Under the pieces are notes generated by a model. The model searched no databases and had not been told where the DNA came from. It saw nothing but the letters and a program-made list of their open reading frames with translations. A stretch of 64,000 bases of DNA from the NCBI GenBank assembly GCA_024402405.1, contig JAKSTW010000003.1:10003-74002 (forward strand). Direction: 5' to 3'. Made by a program: the position numbers and the translations under genes. How positions within the stretch are numbered: the stretch's first letter is position 1; each line of letters begins with the position of its first letter. Shown here in pieces: positions 36,801-45,338 of this stretch. Source of the stretch: Spirochaetia bacterium (lineage in GTDB: Bacteria > Spirochaetota > Spirochaetia > CADAEX01).

Positions 36801-39800
36801 CTGAACACAGATGCAGATCTGAGCAATATCCTATGCATTACTTTCACGGAGAAAGCTGCCGGAGAGATGAAAAAAAGGATCTTCTCCAAAATAAGAGACA
36901 CGCTGTCACTGGGAGCTTTTTACTCTTTGGATAACGGAAGTGCAGACCCGGGATCCTACAGGCTGACAGATGCCCAGGTGAAGAAGCTTGAGAATGTGCT
37001 GAAGAATTTTTACCGCAGCAACAGGATCTCAACATTCCATTCTTTCTGCCTTAATATGCTGACCCGCTTTGAGAAGGAAAATAAAAATTCTGTCAGGGAT
37101 ATTTCCTGTAAAGTGGCAGACGATTACATGATCAGAAATAAAAAAGTTGATATTCTCACTGATCTTGTGAAAAAATATTCAGAGAGATCTGCGATTTTCA
37201 GATATTGGACAGAATACCAGACACTTTATACACGGACTGTAAGTGGAGAGACAGGCATTATAAAAGATCTTATGGATTTCATGGACAGTTTCAGACTCAG
37301 CGGACTTACACTGGATGAGGCGACTGGTGATATGCTGGACAGTCATTTTGCCGGGAGAAAAGATGCTGTAGTCTCTGCACTGCGTGTGAAATATCAGCAG
37401 CTGAGTGATAAACTTCTGGAGGCACTGGAAGCTTACAAAGAGACCGAGACTAATGAGAAAAACCTGAAGAAACTGGATAATGTTATTGCCGAAGTTAAGA
37501 ACGGTGAGATCGGCATCGGCAGATATCCGTATACCAAAGATGCTGAGCTTAAAGCTCTTGCTGCAAGTCTTCAGAAATGTCCGTGTCCTGACAGTCCGGA
37601 GTGTGCATCCGCAGAGGAAGAGAGAGAGCTGCATCGTCTGATCTTCAGCCTGATAATTGAGGCAGACCGCCGTATAGAGAAATACAAGCAGGAGAAGAAT
37701 TTCATAGAACTGGCTGATTATCATCTGAATCTTATCTCACTTATGAAAAATCATGATATCCTGAAAAAAATAAAAGATGAGCTGAGATTCATCATGGTGG
37801 ATGAGTTCCAGGATACCAACTGGCTGCAGAAAGAAATTCTGGACATGATACATGATGACAGCAACCGTGTTTTCTTTGTAGGTGATCTAAAGCAGTCTAT
37901 CTACCGTTTCCTCCAGTGTGACAATCAGATTTTCACATATTATCGGGACTCAGCGAAAATGGAGTATCTGACATTTCAGGATAATTTCCGCTCTGTGGAT
38001 CAGATAGTGGATTTCAACAACAGATATTTCAGTGACAATGCGGTGGATGAATATAATATCATTCCTCATACCAGCCGTTCAGTTGATGACATAGAGTATG
38101 GAATCCCGAAAAGATCAGACTCATCCTATCCGGCAGTTACATTTGTGGAACTGGGATATGACAAAGATACAGTGGAGGATTTGAAAAAGAAAGATTCTAA
38201 TTCCCTGCTGCGGGAACAGGAGGCCACATTCATTGCCAGGACTATCGCGTCAGATGCCGGCGGGCAATATAGCAGATGGGGCATTCTGGTCAGGGAATAT
38301 ACCAATATCAAGTATATTCTGGAAGGACTGCGAAAAATTGGCATACCATATTCTTTTGTCATAAAGAGGGATTTCTTCAGACAGCCTGATATCCAGCAGG
38401 TCATGCAGGTCATACAGGTCATTTACGGATATCTCCCTGCTGATACGCTGATGGAAGTGCCGGAAGTGGCAGAATTTGCCAGCAGCCTGACTGAGGATGA
38501 CAGATCCCGCGGATTCTGCTATGTGGTCAGCCTTCTTATATCACAGCCATTTTATGCATCCAGCCGTCCTATACTCCAGGAATTTTACTGCCAGTGCTGC
38601 GAGTTTGCATCTGAACTGGATGATGTTCCTGAAGAGATAATTCCACATATGCTTAAGCTTGCTGAGGCAAATGACAAGGAAGTGGCGACCTCTGTGGATA
38701 ATGCAGTGAAAATAATGACAGTTCACAGCTCAAAAGGACTTGAGTTTGATCATCTTTTCGTTTCCAAGATAACGGCACATACTGGCTGCGGAGAAAATAT
38801 CGGCGGCAGAGGCAGCATCAGCTATGTGAATCTTGTCTCAGGAGAAAACGGGGGCAGGATCGTGGATTATGATGTGAACAGCATAAAGCGGCTGAAAGAT
38901 GATGACAGACATTTCCTGTATGCCAGCTGGATGGATGATGTGAACAGCCATTTTGAGAATATTGAGAAAGCCAATCTCCTGTACGTGGCATTCACCAGAG
39001 CGAAGAAGCGTCTTATCGTGACTGTGCAGAAGGGGGAATACAAGGATGACCCTGGATCACCGGATGTGAACTGGCTTAAAAATATCCACGGAAATATTTT
39101 CTGTGCCGGGAATTTTGCCGGCTGCTGTGAGACAAAAACAGTAAGAATAGAAGAGATCGAGCCACTGAAATGGACAGATCAGCAGACTGAAACCATTGTA
39201 TCTGATAATGTTGAACTTCCTATGCCTGTTCTTCAGGCTCTTTCTGTCTCCGGGTATCTGGATCAGATGGAACCTGATGATGAGAATGATGTGGCTGATG
39301 GTGATGATGACAGAAAGATCATCAGTGGAAACGGAAACCAGACAGGTACTGCTGTTCACAGCTATTTTGAAAATAATATCAGGATCCTGAAGAACAATGG
39401 TTTTGATATCTCAGGGGAGTGTGCTCCGGAAAGGTTTCCTGTGGCTGGCTCTGTCATGGATAGATTCTGCAGATTTGTTATCGGAGGCTGTGGAAATGAT
39501 GAGTTCCGGCAGCTGGTCTATGAGGCTGACAGCCTGAAGACAGAGACTGAACTGTTTTTCCGCACTTCTGACGGACAGCTTCTGAACGGCATAGTCGATC
39601 TCATTCTGGAGAAAGGAAATAAGGTGATGGTGCTGGACTACAAGACCCACACTGGCGGCAGTCTGGATGAGGACACTATGGCACGGTACAGGGAACAGGT
39701 GCGGCTCTATATTCACGGACTGCAGGAGATATATCCGGACCGCCAATTCTCAGGGGCGCTCCTGGTGATGTACAGCAATGGAAAAACAGAACTGAAAAGG

Positions 39801-39806
39801 GTGTAA
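33840..39806 (+). CDS. fused AddB-like / AddA-like helicase-nuclease (1988 aa)
   Basis: N-half: Cas4/AddB-type nuclease with C610 (FMWCPAKF), D755, D769-L-K771, Q789xxxY and C888/C892-x2-C895-x5-C901. C-half: UvrD motifs (AGAGAGKT, TFTEKAAGEM, TFHSFC, DEFQD, GDLKQSIYRF, NFRS, VHSSKGLEFD, VAFTRAKKRL) plus a RecB nuclease (D1920, D1933-Y-K, QVRLY). Confidence 0.8.
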   Translation: MNMSTLESFYFPYGKMISPDDVSNSVFIIPKKYDKAKIRLTVKKLMASHGCTSIMLPEMKTLFEIAMEKTGTAKGSVIMKDDFQYLLDQIPGLPDKFRGENDGYKSAIFSLLNEMAFHDEQLDSYPFYGTVYSAGLDRNMCGRIFSAVRERGFIFRAEIYRLALEEIKKGHDNHRYFLIPGEYYTQLEQSVLESLGVSVLGHDSCDRACHGISPENVRFLRAGSVMEQYSEVRNHILAMMEKDSTLRLDDFCLVTGDSGSLRRCTAYFSSTGMHCISSASVSADTSLTDALNLVFYALNNDTEKLVLYYNRHNADKVLYDSSYEFPVLFRFCGDLAEDKLGNKLLKNNISFRKWITGFSRIENRKGSVEEDLNYLDDTVRRLGFSDVSLYEYRSSFEQIFGENKIELRDMVDYFREILSGRKKNMVSSLNDGVVLVSQGEYIPPCRYIYFADLEENTFLKDKMPNLLLSADEHDEFNHLVYGSTKEEHLIKYFQTGTADSDHIVFVIPDYDEGTVVSEHVENILKLFPSKECQVRVIGSRIPEFRHDFTRTFSDIGWDNVMPDKIRKNRVTGDMNFISRINSDGMDQNAAMDLVLHKLSSVTRIEAFMWCPAKFAYDIQMQDVALQNEKYFDSGKAFHLFCERFFGKKNIRIFDFKKAELEAEVSAYLMGEPCSNALSTYFDCIGVRDIFREVQTRYSGLELKDTDLKKYLMFVCQCMKNKMKDCDSESIRSEVFIGNARMMDSPDIVVAEGYIDLMFRTNTGDIVLLDLKSGNISKYNEDVAAFSNVQLLLYSHIVENAVRTGDYSVFCPADSQQIKEGKCILENDYFRKSRTDAAVDACYVSPKADGMYICRSGIAEGYDDPFESFAEKFRKLLDDAGRNIFTPMCNSGCDYCALRPFCPDSENLQSLDSVYEQLDWHGPFMQDYPELPRHTAESAGTDDMVSIIQFSEKEKVQAISDFDHDIIISAGAGAGKTEVLTTRYLNILLNTDADLSNILCITFTEKAAGEMKKRIFSKIRDTLSLGAFYSLDNGSADPGSYRLTDAQVKKLENVLKNFYRSNRISTFHSFCLNMLTRFEKENKNSVRDISCKVADDYMIRNKKVDILTDLVKKYSERSAIFRYWTEYQTLYTRTVSGETGIIKDLMDFMDSFRLSGLTLDEATGDMLDSHFAGRKDAVVSALRVKYQQLSDKLLEALEAYKETETNEKNLKKLDNVIAEVKNGEIGIGRYPYTKDAELKALAASLQKCPCPDSPECASAEEERELHRLIFSLIIEADRRIEKYKQEKNFIELADYHLNLISLMKNHDILKKIKDELRFIMVDEFQDTNWLQKEILDMIHDDSNRVFFVGDLKQSIYRFLQCDNQIFTYYRDSAKMEYLTFQDNFRSVDQIVDFNNRYFSDNAVDEYNIIPHTSRSVDDIEYGIPKRSDSSYPAVTFVELGYDKDTVEDLKKKDSNSLLREQEATFIARTIASDAGGQYSRWGILVREYTNIKYILEGLRKIGIPYSFVIKRDFFRQPDIQQVMQVIQVIYGYLPADTLMEVPEVAEFASSLTEDDRSRGFCYVVSLLISQPFYASSRPILQEFYCQCCEFASELDDVPEEIIPHMLKLAEANDKEVATSVDNAVKIMTVHSSKGLEFDHLFVSKITAHTGCGENIGGRGSISYVNLVSGENGGRIVDYDVNSIKRLKDDDRHFLYASWMDDVNSHFENIEKANLLYVAFTRAKKRLIVTVQKGEYKDDPGSPDVNWLKNIHGNIFCAGNFAGCCETKTVRIEEIEPLKWTDQQTETIVSDNVELPMPVLQALSVSGYLDQMEPDDENDVADGDDDRKIISGNGNQTGTAVHSYFENNIRILKNNGFDISGECAPERFPVAGSVMDRFCRFVIGGCGNDEFRQLVYEADSLKTETELFFRTSDGQLLNGIVDLILEKGNKVMVLDYKTHTGGSLDEDTMARYREQVRLYIHGLQEIYPDRQFSGALLVMYSNGKTELKRV

Positions 39807-39846
39807 ATGCTTGACAAAACAGGACTCAGTTTCTAGTATTAATTTC

Positions 39847-41631
39847 ATGACCGCAAATGAATTAAGAAAAAAATTTATAGAGTTTTTTGTTTCAAAGGGG
39901 CATACCCAGATTTCCGGGGCCTCTGTTATTCCTGAAAATGATCCTACAGTGCTTTTCACCACTGCAGGTATGCACCCGCTGGTTCCATATATCCTGGGGC
40001 AGCCTCATCCGGCTGGAACACGTCTGACAGACTACCAGAAATGTATCAGGACTGGAGATATTGACAGTGTTGGTGACCCGCACCACCTGACATGCTTTGA
40101 GATGCTGGGCAACTGGTCTCTGGGCGATTATTTCAAGAAAGAGATGATCCCTTGGAGCTGGGAGTTCCTTACAAAAGTTCTGGAGATTCCTGCTGACAAG
40201 CTTTCTGTCACTGTATTCGAAGGCGAGGAAGGTATTCCAAGAGACACCGAAAGTGCCGAGATCTGGCACAGAATGGGCATCCCTTATGAACGCATCTATT
40301 TCATGCCTCGTGAGGACAACTGGTGGGGACCTGCCGGAGAGACCGGACCATGCGGACCAGACACAGAGATGTTCATTGACACAGGGCGCCCTGCCTGCGG
40401 ACCTGACTGCAAGCCTGGCTGCGGATGCGGAAAGTACTTCGAGATCTGGAATGACGTTCTCATGGGATATAAGAAGACCAAAGAGGGCAAGTTCGTTGAG
40501 ATGGACAGAAAGTGCATCGACACAGGAATGGGAATTGAGAGGACCATTGCCATCCTCCAGGGCAAAAAAAGTGTATATGAGACTGAAGTGATGCAGCCTA
40601 TCCTGAAGAAGATCGGTGAGCTGGCCGGAGTCACATACGGACAGGATGACAAGACAGACATATCAATGAGGATCATCGCAGATCACATCAGGACCAGCAC
40701 ATTCATTCTGGGTGACCAGAGAGGCTGCGTTCCAAGCAATGTGGGACAGGGATATATCCTCCGCCGTCTTATCCGCCGTGCAGTGAGAAACGGAAGACAT
40801 CTGGGCATCCAGAGTCCTTTCCTGGCACAGGTGGCAGAGGTCGTGGTTGATCTTTACGGACAGCCATATCCTGAGCTGATTCAGAACAAGGAGAAAGTTT
40901 ACAAGGAGCTGACAGCCGAGGAGATCAAGTTCAGCGACACACTGGAGAAAGGTGAGAAGCAGTTTGACAAGATGACATTCTTCCTGGACAAGCAAGGTGT
41001 GAAGGAGATCTCAGGCGGCAGTGCATTCAAGCTTTATGATACTTACGGATTCCCTATTGAGCTGACTCAGGAGCTGGCAGCAGAGAAAGGCTTCACAGTT
41101 GATGTCAAAGGCTTCCAGGAGGCATTTGCAAAGCACCAGGAGCTTTCAAGGACAGCAGAGGCAGGACAGTTCAAGTCTGGACTGGGTGACCACAGCGAGG
41201 AGACAACAGCGCTCCATACAGCCACACACCTGCTTCATGCGGCACTCCGCAAAGTTCTGGGAACACATGTAGGACAGAAGGGTTCCAACATCACACCGGA
41301 AAGACTCCGCTTCGACTTCAGCCATACAGACAAGATGACAAAGGAACAGCTGAAAGAGGTTGAGGATCTGGTCAATGATGCCATCAGCCGTGACCTTCAG
41401 GTTACTGTGGAGACAATGACACCTCAGGAAGCAGTTTCCAAGGGAGCTGTGGCATTCTTCTCCAGCAAGTACGGTGAGCAGGTCACAGTTTATTCCATCG
41501 GAGATTTCTCCAAGGAAGTATGTGCCGGACCACATGTTAAGCATACTGGCGATATGGGGCATTTCAGGATTCTGAAAGAGGAGAGCTCCTCTGCCGGAGT
41601 CAGAAGGATCAAGGCTGTTCTTGAGAAATAA
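39847..41631 (+). CDS. alaS: alanine--tRNA ligase, short form lacking the C-Ala domain
   Basis: MTANELRKKFIEFF..TTAGM..FEMLGNWSLGDYFK; editing-domain HxxxH (HTATHLLH) and CAGPHV. About 594 aa from the internal ATG; the track start at 39811 is a TTG extension. Confidence 0.9.
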   Translation: MTANELRKKFIEFFVSKGHTQISGASVIPENDPTVLFTTAGMHPLVPYILGQPHPAGTRLTDYQKCIRTGDIDSVGDPHHLTCFEMLGNWSLGDYFKKEMIPWSWEFLTKVLEIPADKLSVTVFEGEEGIPRDTESAEIWHRMGIPYERIYFMPREDNWWGPAGETGPCGPDTEMFIDTGRPACGPDCKPGCGCGKYFEIWNDVLMGYKKTKEGKFVEMDRKCIDTGMGIERTIAILQGKKSVYETEVMQPILKKIGELAGVTYGQDDKTDISMRIIADHIRTSTFILGDQRGCVPSNVGQGYILRRLIRRAVRNGRHLGIQSPFLAQVAEVVVDLYGQPYPELIQNKEKVYKELTAEEIKFSDTLEKGEKQFDKMTFFLDKQGVKEISGGSAFKLYDTYGFPIELTQELAAEKGFTVDVKGFQEAFAKHQELSRTAEAGQFKSGLGDHSEETTALHTATHLLHAALRKVLGTHVGQKGSNITPERLRFDFSHTDKMTKEQLKEVEDLVNDAISRDLQVTVETMTPQEAVSKGAVAFFSSKYGEQVTVYSIGDFSKEVCAGPHVKHTGDMGHFRILKEESSSAGVRRIKAVLEK

Positions 41632-41658
41632 CAGCGATTAAGATATTTCCGATATCAG

Positions 41659-41687
41659 ATCCCGTCAGCAATGGCGGGATTTTTTTT
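41659..41687 (+). terminator. rho-independent terminator after alaS
   Basis: ATCCCGTC-AGCAAT-GGCGGGAT (8 bp, one G-U pair) followed by TTTTTTT. Confidence 0.75.
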
Positions 41688-41755
41688 GTCTTTCTGCGGC
41701 TTTAAATCAGCCAACATCTTGAACTGGTTCACGGAAAGAAGTGGAGGACTGGTCT

Positions 41756-42955
41756 TCAGCTTCTGGTGATGAACTTGGGAACCAGCAGAAGGACGGCCAG
41801 TGACAGCAATCCCGGGCACAGCCAGAAGATGAAGTAGTTGCTGAAGACTGACAGTGATATATCCAGCAATATTCCGCCGAAAATATTGCCTACCAGACTT
41901 CCTGCACCTGAGGTGACAATATAATAGAACTGGTGCAGAGCTGCTCGGTTTTCCGCAGTGCAGAAAGAATCCAGGTAAATGATTGCCACAGCCATATAAA
42001 GGGCGAATATAAGCCCGTGAAAGAATATTCCGCAGACTATGGCGGTCACGGGGACAAATGTATTCAGACTGCATATGAGGAAGATCATGTACCGCAGACA
42101 GGAAGCGGCTGCTCCGGCTGCCATTATTCTTTTTATACCGAAAGTTCCCAGAAGCCTGCTGAGCAGGAGCATAAAAAGTACCTCAGACATCTGCCCTATG
42201 GATATTATGAACAGAATATTGGATTCCATGACTCCGACATCTTTCAGAAATGGCGATATTCCGAGAAAATAATATCTATCCTGGACTGAGAAAAGGAAAC
42301 ACAGCAGAAAGAAGCCCCAGAGCACTTTGTCTTTTGGGATAGATGATCCGGTGCGTGTATATTCAGCGTGGACTTTTTTATCAGTTCCGTAATTGCGGAG
42401 GCCTGAGAATACTATGATACCGCAGCAGAATGAGACTGCGGCAGCCACTGGAAAAACAGTTCCCAGATCGCGTTCAAAAGGAATCGGAACCTTTGGATTC
42501 ATCCAGAAAAATGTGAAAAACACTGCGGCACCTATCCAGCCCAAAGTTCCCCAGACGCGGATCGAACCGAATCTGTTTCCCTGCTTGCTGCCAAGATTTT
42601 TGAATGTTATGGAGTTCAGAAGTGCATTGGTAGGTGTGATGAATATATTCATCAGCAGGTAGACAAGGAATAAAGGCATCAGATGTCTGACACCTGATAT
42701 AAGCACCAGGAATACTCCGGACAGCAACTGGAGAATCCCCAGAAGTTTCTCTGCACTTATTATCCTGTCTGCCAGAATCATGGTCATGGCAGGGGAGATG
42801 AATGCGGCGACAGTTGCTGTGGAAAGTATAAGTCCGGTCTCCAGCCCTGAAAATACCAGATAATCACGGCAGTACAGGCTCATAAGTGGCTGGTATGTTC
42901 CAAGAACAAAGAATTCCAGAAAAAATAATGAAGAGATTATCCCTTTCTTATTCAT
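41756..42955 (-). CDS. MFS transporter (nucleoside/H+ symporter-like)
   Basis: 399 aa, about 12 TM helices. 12 nt downstream of ftsK on the same strand. Confidence 0.6.
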   Translation of the reverse strand: MNKKGIISSLFFLEFFVLGTYQPLMSLYCRDYLVFSGLETGLILSTATVAAFISPAMTMILADRIISAEKLLGILQLLSGVFLVLISGVRHLMPLFLVYLLMNIFITPTNALLNSITFKNLGSKQGNRFGSIRVWGTLGWIGAAVFFTFFWMNPKVPIPFERDLGTVFPVAAAVSFCCGIIVFSGLRNYGTDKKVHAEYTRTGSSIPKDKVLWGFFLLCFLFSVQDRYYFLGISPFLKDVGVMESNILFIISIGQMSEVLFMLLLSRLLGTFGIKRIMAAGAAASCLRYMIFLICSLNTFVPVTAIVCGIFFHGLIFALYMAVAIIYLDSFCTAENRAALHQFYYIVTSGAGSLVGNIFGGILLDISLSVFSNYFIFWLCPGLLSLAVLLLVPKFITRS

Positions 42956-42967
42956 TTCAAAGAGCGC

Positions 42968-45307
42968 TTATTCTTTGAACCTGTCGGGAATGTGCAGGAC
43001 ATCCCGGGCCTTGCTGCCGTTCTGCGGTCCAACTATGCCTCTGGCTTCCATATCCTCAATGAGACGTGCGGCCCGGTTGTATCCTATTTTGAGACGGCGC
43101 TGTAGATATGATGCAGATGCCTTGCCTGTGGTTGATACTATCTCAACAGCTTTCTCCATAAGCGGATCGCCACCTTCGCCGGAAGAGATATTCATATTCT
43201 CAGGGTCATCCTCATCTTCGATGAAGATCTCGTCATCGATATATTCAGGCTCACCCATTTTCTTGGCTTCATGTACGACTCTCTCCACTTCATCATCAGA
43301 GAGGAATGCACCCTGTATACGCACCAGATCAGGGCTTTCAGGACTGGTGAACAGCATGTCTCCCTTACCCAGCAGCATATCAGCTCCGCCTGAATCAATG
43401 ATGATTCTGGAATCCATCTTGCTGGCAACCATGAATGCTATTCTGGCCGGTATATTGGCCTTGATAAGGCCTGTGATGACATCCACGGAAGGACGCTGTG
43501 TGGCCAGCACCAGATGGATTCCCACCGCCCTTGACATGGCGGTCAGGCGGGCTATGATGTTTTCCAGCTCCTTGCCTGAGATGGCCATAAGGTCTGCGAA
43601 CTCGTCTATGATGACCACAATGTATGGCAGAGGTTCTGTAGCGATCTTGTTTGTCTTTATCTTCTTGTTGAATCCCACAATATTTCTGCTTCCCAGAGCA
43701 TCCAGCAGAGCATATCTTCTCTCCATCTCACATATACAGTACTGCAATGCCTGGAGAGCTTTCTTAGGATCTGTGATGACAGGGGTCAGCAGATGTGGTA
43801 TTCCATTGTATATTTTCAGCTCTACGATCTTCGGATCCACCAAGATCATCTTCACCTCGTCCGGTCTCTTCTTGTAGAGCAGTGAGGTTATGAGGGTATT
43901 CACGCAGACAGACTTTCCTGAACCGGTGGCTCCGGCAATCAGCAGATGCGGCGTTTTGGACAGGTCGATTATCCTGGCTTCTCCTGTGATATCGCGTCCA
44001 AGGGCGAATGGCAGTGCTGCTTTCTCATACATGGTGTTTTTGCATGAGATAAGATCTTTGAATCCTACAATGGATCTCTCATGGTTCGGAATCTCCACAC
44101 CGACGGCATGCTTGCCAGGTATAGGCGCCACGATACGCACTCTGGAGGCAGCCAGCCTGAGGGCTATGTTTCCCGCCAGACCAGATATTTTTGTGACATT
44201 GACACCTGCTACAGGCAGGATCTCAAACATGGTTATGGCAGGACCCTTTCTGATGCCTTTTATTTCTGCATCTATCTTGAATTCTTTCAATGTCTGGATA
44301 AGGATCTGACCGCTTTCACGGGCTTCATCATCCACCACGAAGGATTTGTCATCCTTGTAGTTGTCCAGCACATTTTCCACCGGAATCTCGTATTTGAACC
44401 GTTTTGGACTGCTATGCGTACGTACAGGAGGAAGTATCTTAGGCAGCATGTCAGCATTTTCAGGCGGTATCTCATCCTCCTCAAATTCTTCCTCAGACTG
44501 TTCTTCTGTGATGTCTTCAGCCAGTTCTTCCTCTGGCTCTGGTGCAGCTTCCAATTCTGGCTCAGGTTCCGGCAGTTCGAAGTCAGGTACTGGCTCTTCT
44601 TCAGCCTGATTTTCCACATCGATGCTGTCATCAGTGTCTTCCGGTTCCGGTGCTGTGATTTCCTGAACATGTCCCATTGTGCTTTTTCTGGTCCTGTTCA
44701 CTACCGGCTGATTCTCAGCATCTACCTGGGAGAAATCTGCCTGTCTGTGCTTCTGGACTTTATCCAGGACCATCCTGAAGAATGAAGGGGAAGCAGTGAT
44801 TTTTTCCTCTTTTGATTCTTTTTCTTTCTTGGCTGCCTTTTCCTGAAGTCTGGTCTCTTTCTGTTTCTGCAGCTCTTTTTTCTTATTCTTTATTTTTTTC
44901 TTTATTTTATTTTTACCAAAAATGAACAGTCCCAGAAGGATTATGAGATAGATCAGGAATATTGACAGAAGCAGAAGAAGTATTCCCAGCAGTTTCCACC
45001 AGAAACCGTCATAAAGAACCAGGAGCCTGAATGCCCATGTGGTGGTGAGAAATGGAATTATGGTGCACAGCATTATGTACACAGTCTCTTTTTTTATGCT
45101 GTTGAAACACAGATATATTCCTGCGAAGATCAGATAGGCCGGAATATAAAATGCGGCGAACAGGAAATGTGATATAAATATGGCCCCGAGAGCTGTCAGC
45201 AGGATGACAGAGGCGCCACCTGCGGCCAGTGCTATTGATATGAGCAGCAGTATACCTGAGAAAATGAGAAAAAGGGCTGTACCAAGAATATATTTATGTT
45301 TGATCAC
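42968..45307 (-). CDS. ftsK: DNA translocase FtsK/SpoIIIE
   Basis: N-terminal TM helices, an acidic Pro/Glu linker, motor domain (AGATGSGKSVCVN, VVIIDEFADLM, ATQRPSVDVITG) and a C-terminal gamma wHTH (ASASYLQRRLKIGYNRAARLIE). Confidence 0.92.
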   Translation of the reverse strand: MIKHKYILGTALFLIFSGILLLISIALAAGGASVILLTALGAIFISHFLFAAFYIPAYLIFAGIYLCFNSIKKETVYIMLCTIIPFLTTTWAFRLLVLYDGFWWKLLGILLLLLSIFLIYLIILLGLFIFGKNKIKKKIKNKKKELQKQKETRLQEKAAKKEKESKEEKITASPSFFRMVLDKVQKHRQADFSQVDAENQPVVNRTRKSTMGHVQEITAPEPEDTDDSIDVENQAEEEPVPDFELPEPEPELEAAPEPEEELAEDITEEQSEEEFEEDEIPPENADMLPKILPPVRTHSSPKRFKYEIPVENVLDNYKDDKSFVVDDEARESGQILIQTLKEFKIDAEIKGIRKGPAITMFEILPVAGVNVTKISGLAGNIALRLAASRVRIVAPIPGKHAVGVEIPNHERSIVGFKDLISCKNTMYEKAALPFALGRDITGEARIIDLSKTPHLLIAGATGSGKSVCVNTLITSLLYKKRPDEVKMILVDPKIVELKIYNGIPHLLTPVITDPKKALQALQYCICEMERRYALLDALGSRNIVGFNKKIKTNKIATEPLPYIVVIIDEFADLMAISGKELENIIARLTAMSRAVGIHLVLATQRPSVDVITGLIKANIPARIAFMVASKMDSRIIIDSGGADMLLGKGDMLFTSPESPDLVRIQGAFLSDDEVERVVHEAKKMGEPEYIDDEIFIEDEDDPENMNISSGEGGDPLMEKAVEIVSTTGKASASYLQRRLKIGYNRAARLIEDMEARGIVGPQNGSKARDVLHIPDRFKE

Positions 45308-45338
45308 GGAGCCTCCAATATAAAATATTATCGGCAGA

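Noticed and set aside
42975-44785. Long plus-strand ORFs (300 aa, 139 aa, 234 aa) antisense to ftsK. Similar long antisense ORFs occur at 50313-51074, 35022-35753, 10890-11582, 7408-8607, 19922-20521 and 57053-57631.
   Set aside because: Each overlaps a strongly supported gene on the other strand. They are Ser/Pro/Arg/Cys-rich or otherwise compositionally odd, and they lack SD sequences and recognisable motifs. This is typical antisense frame persistence.
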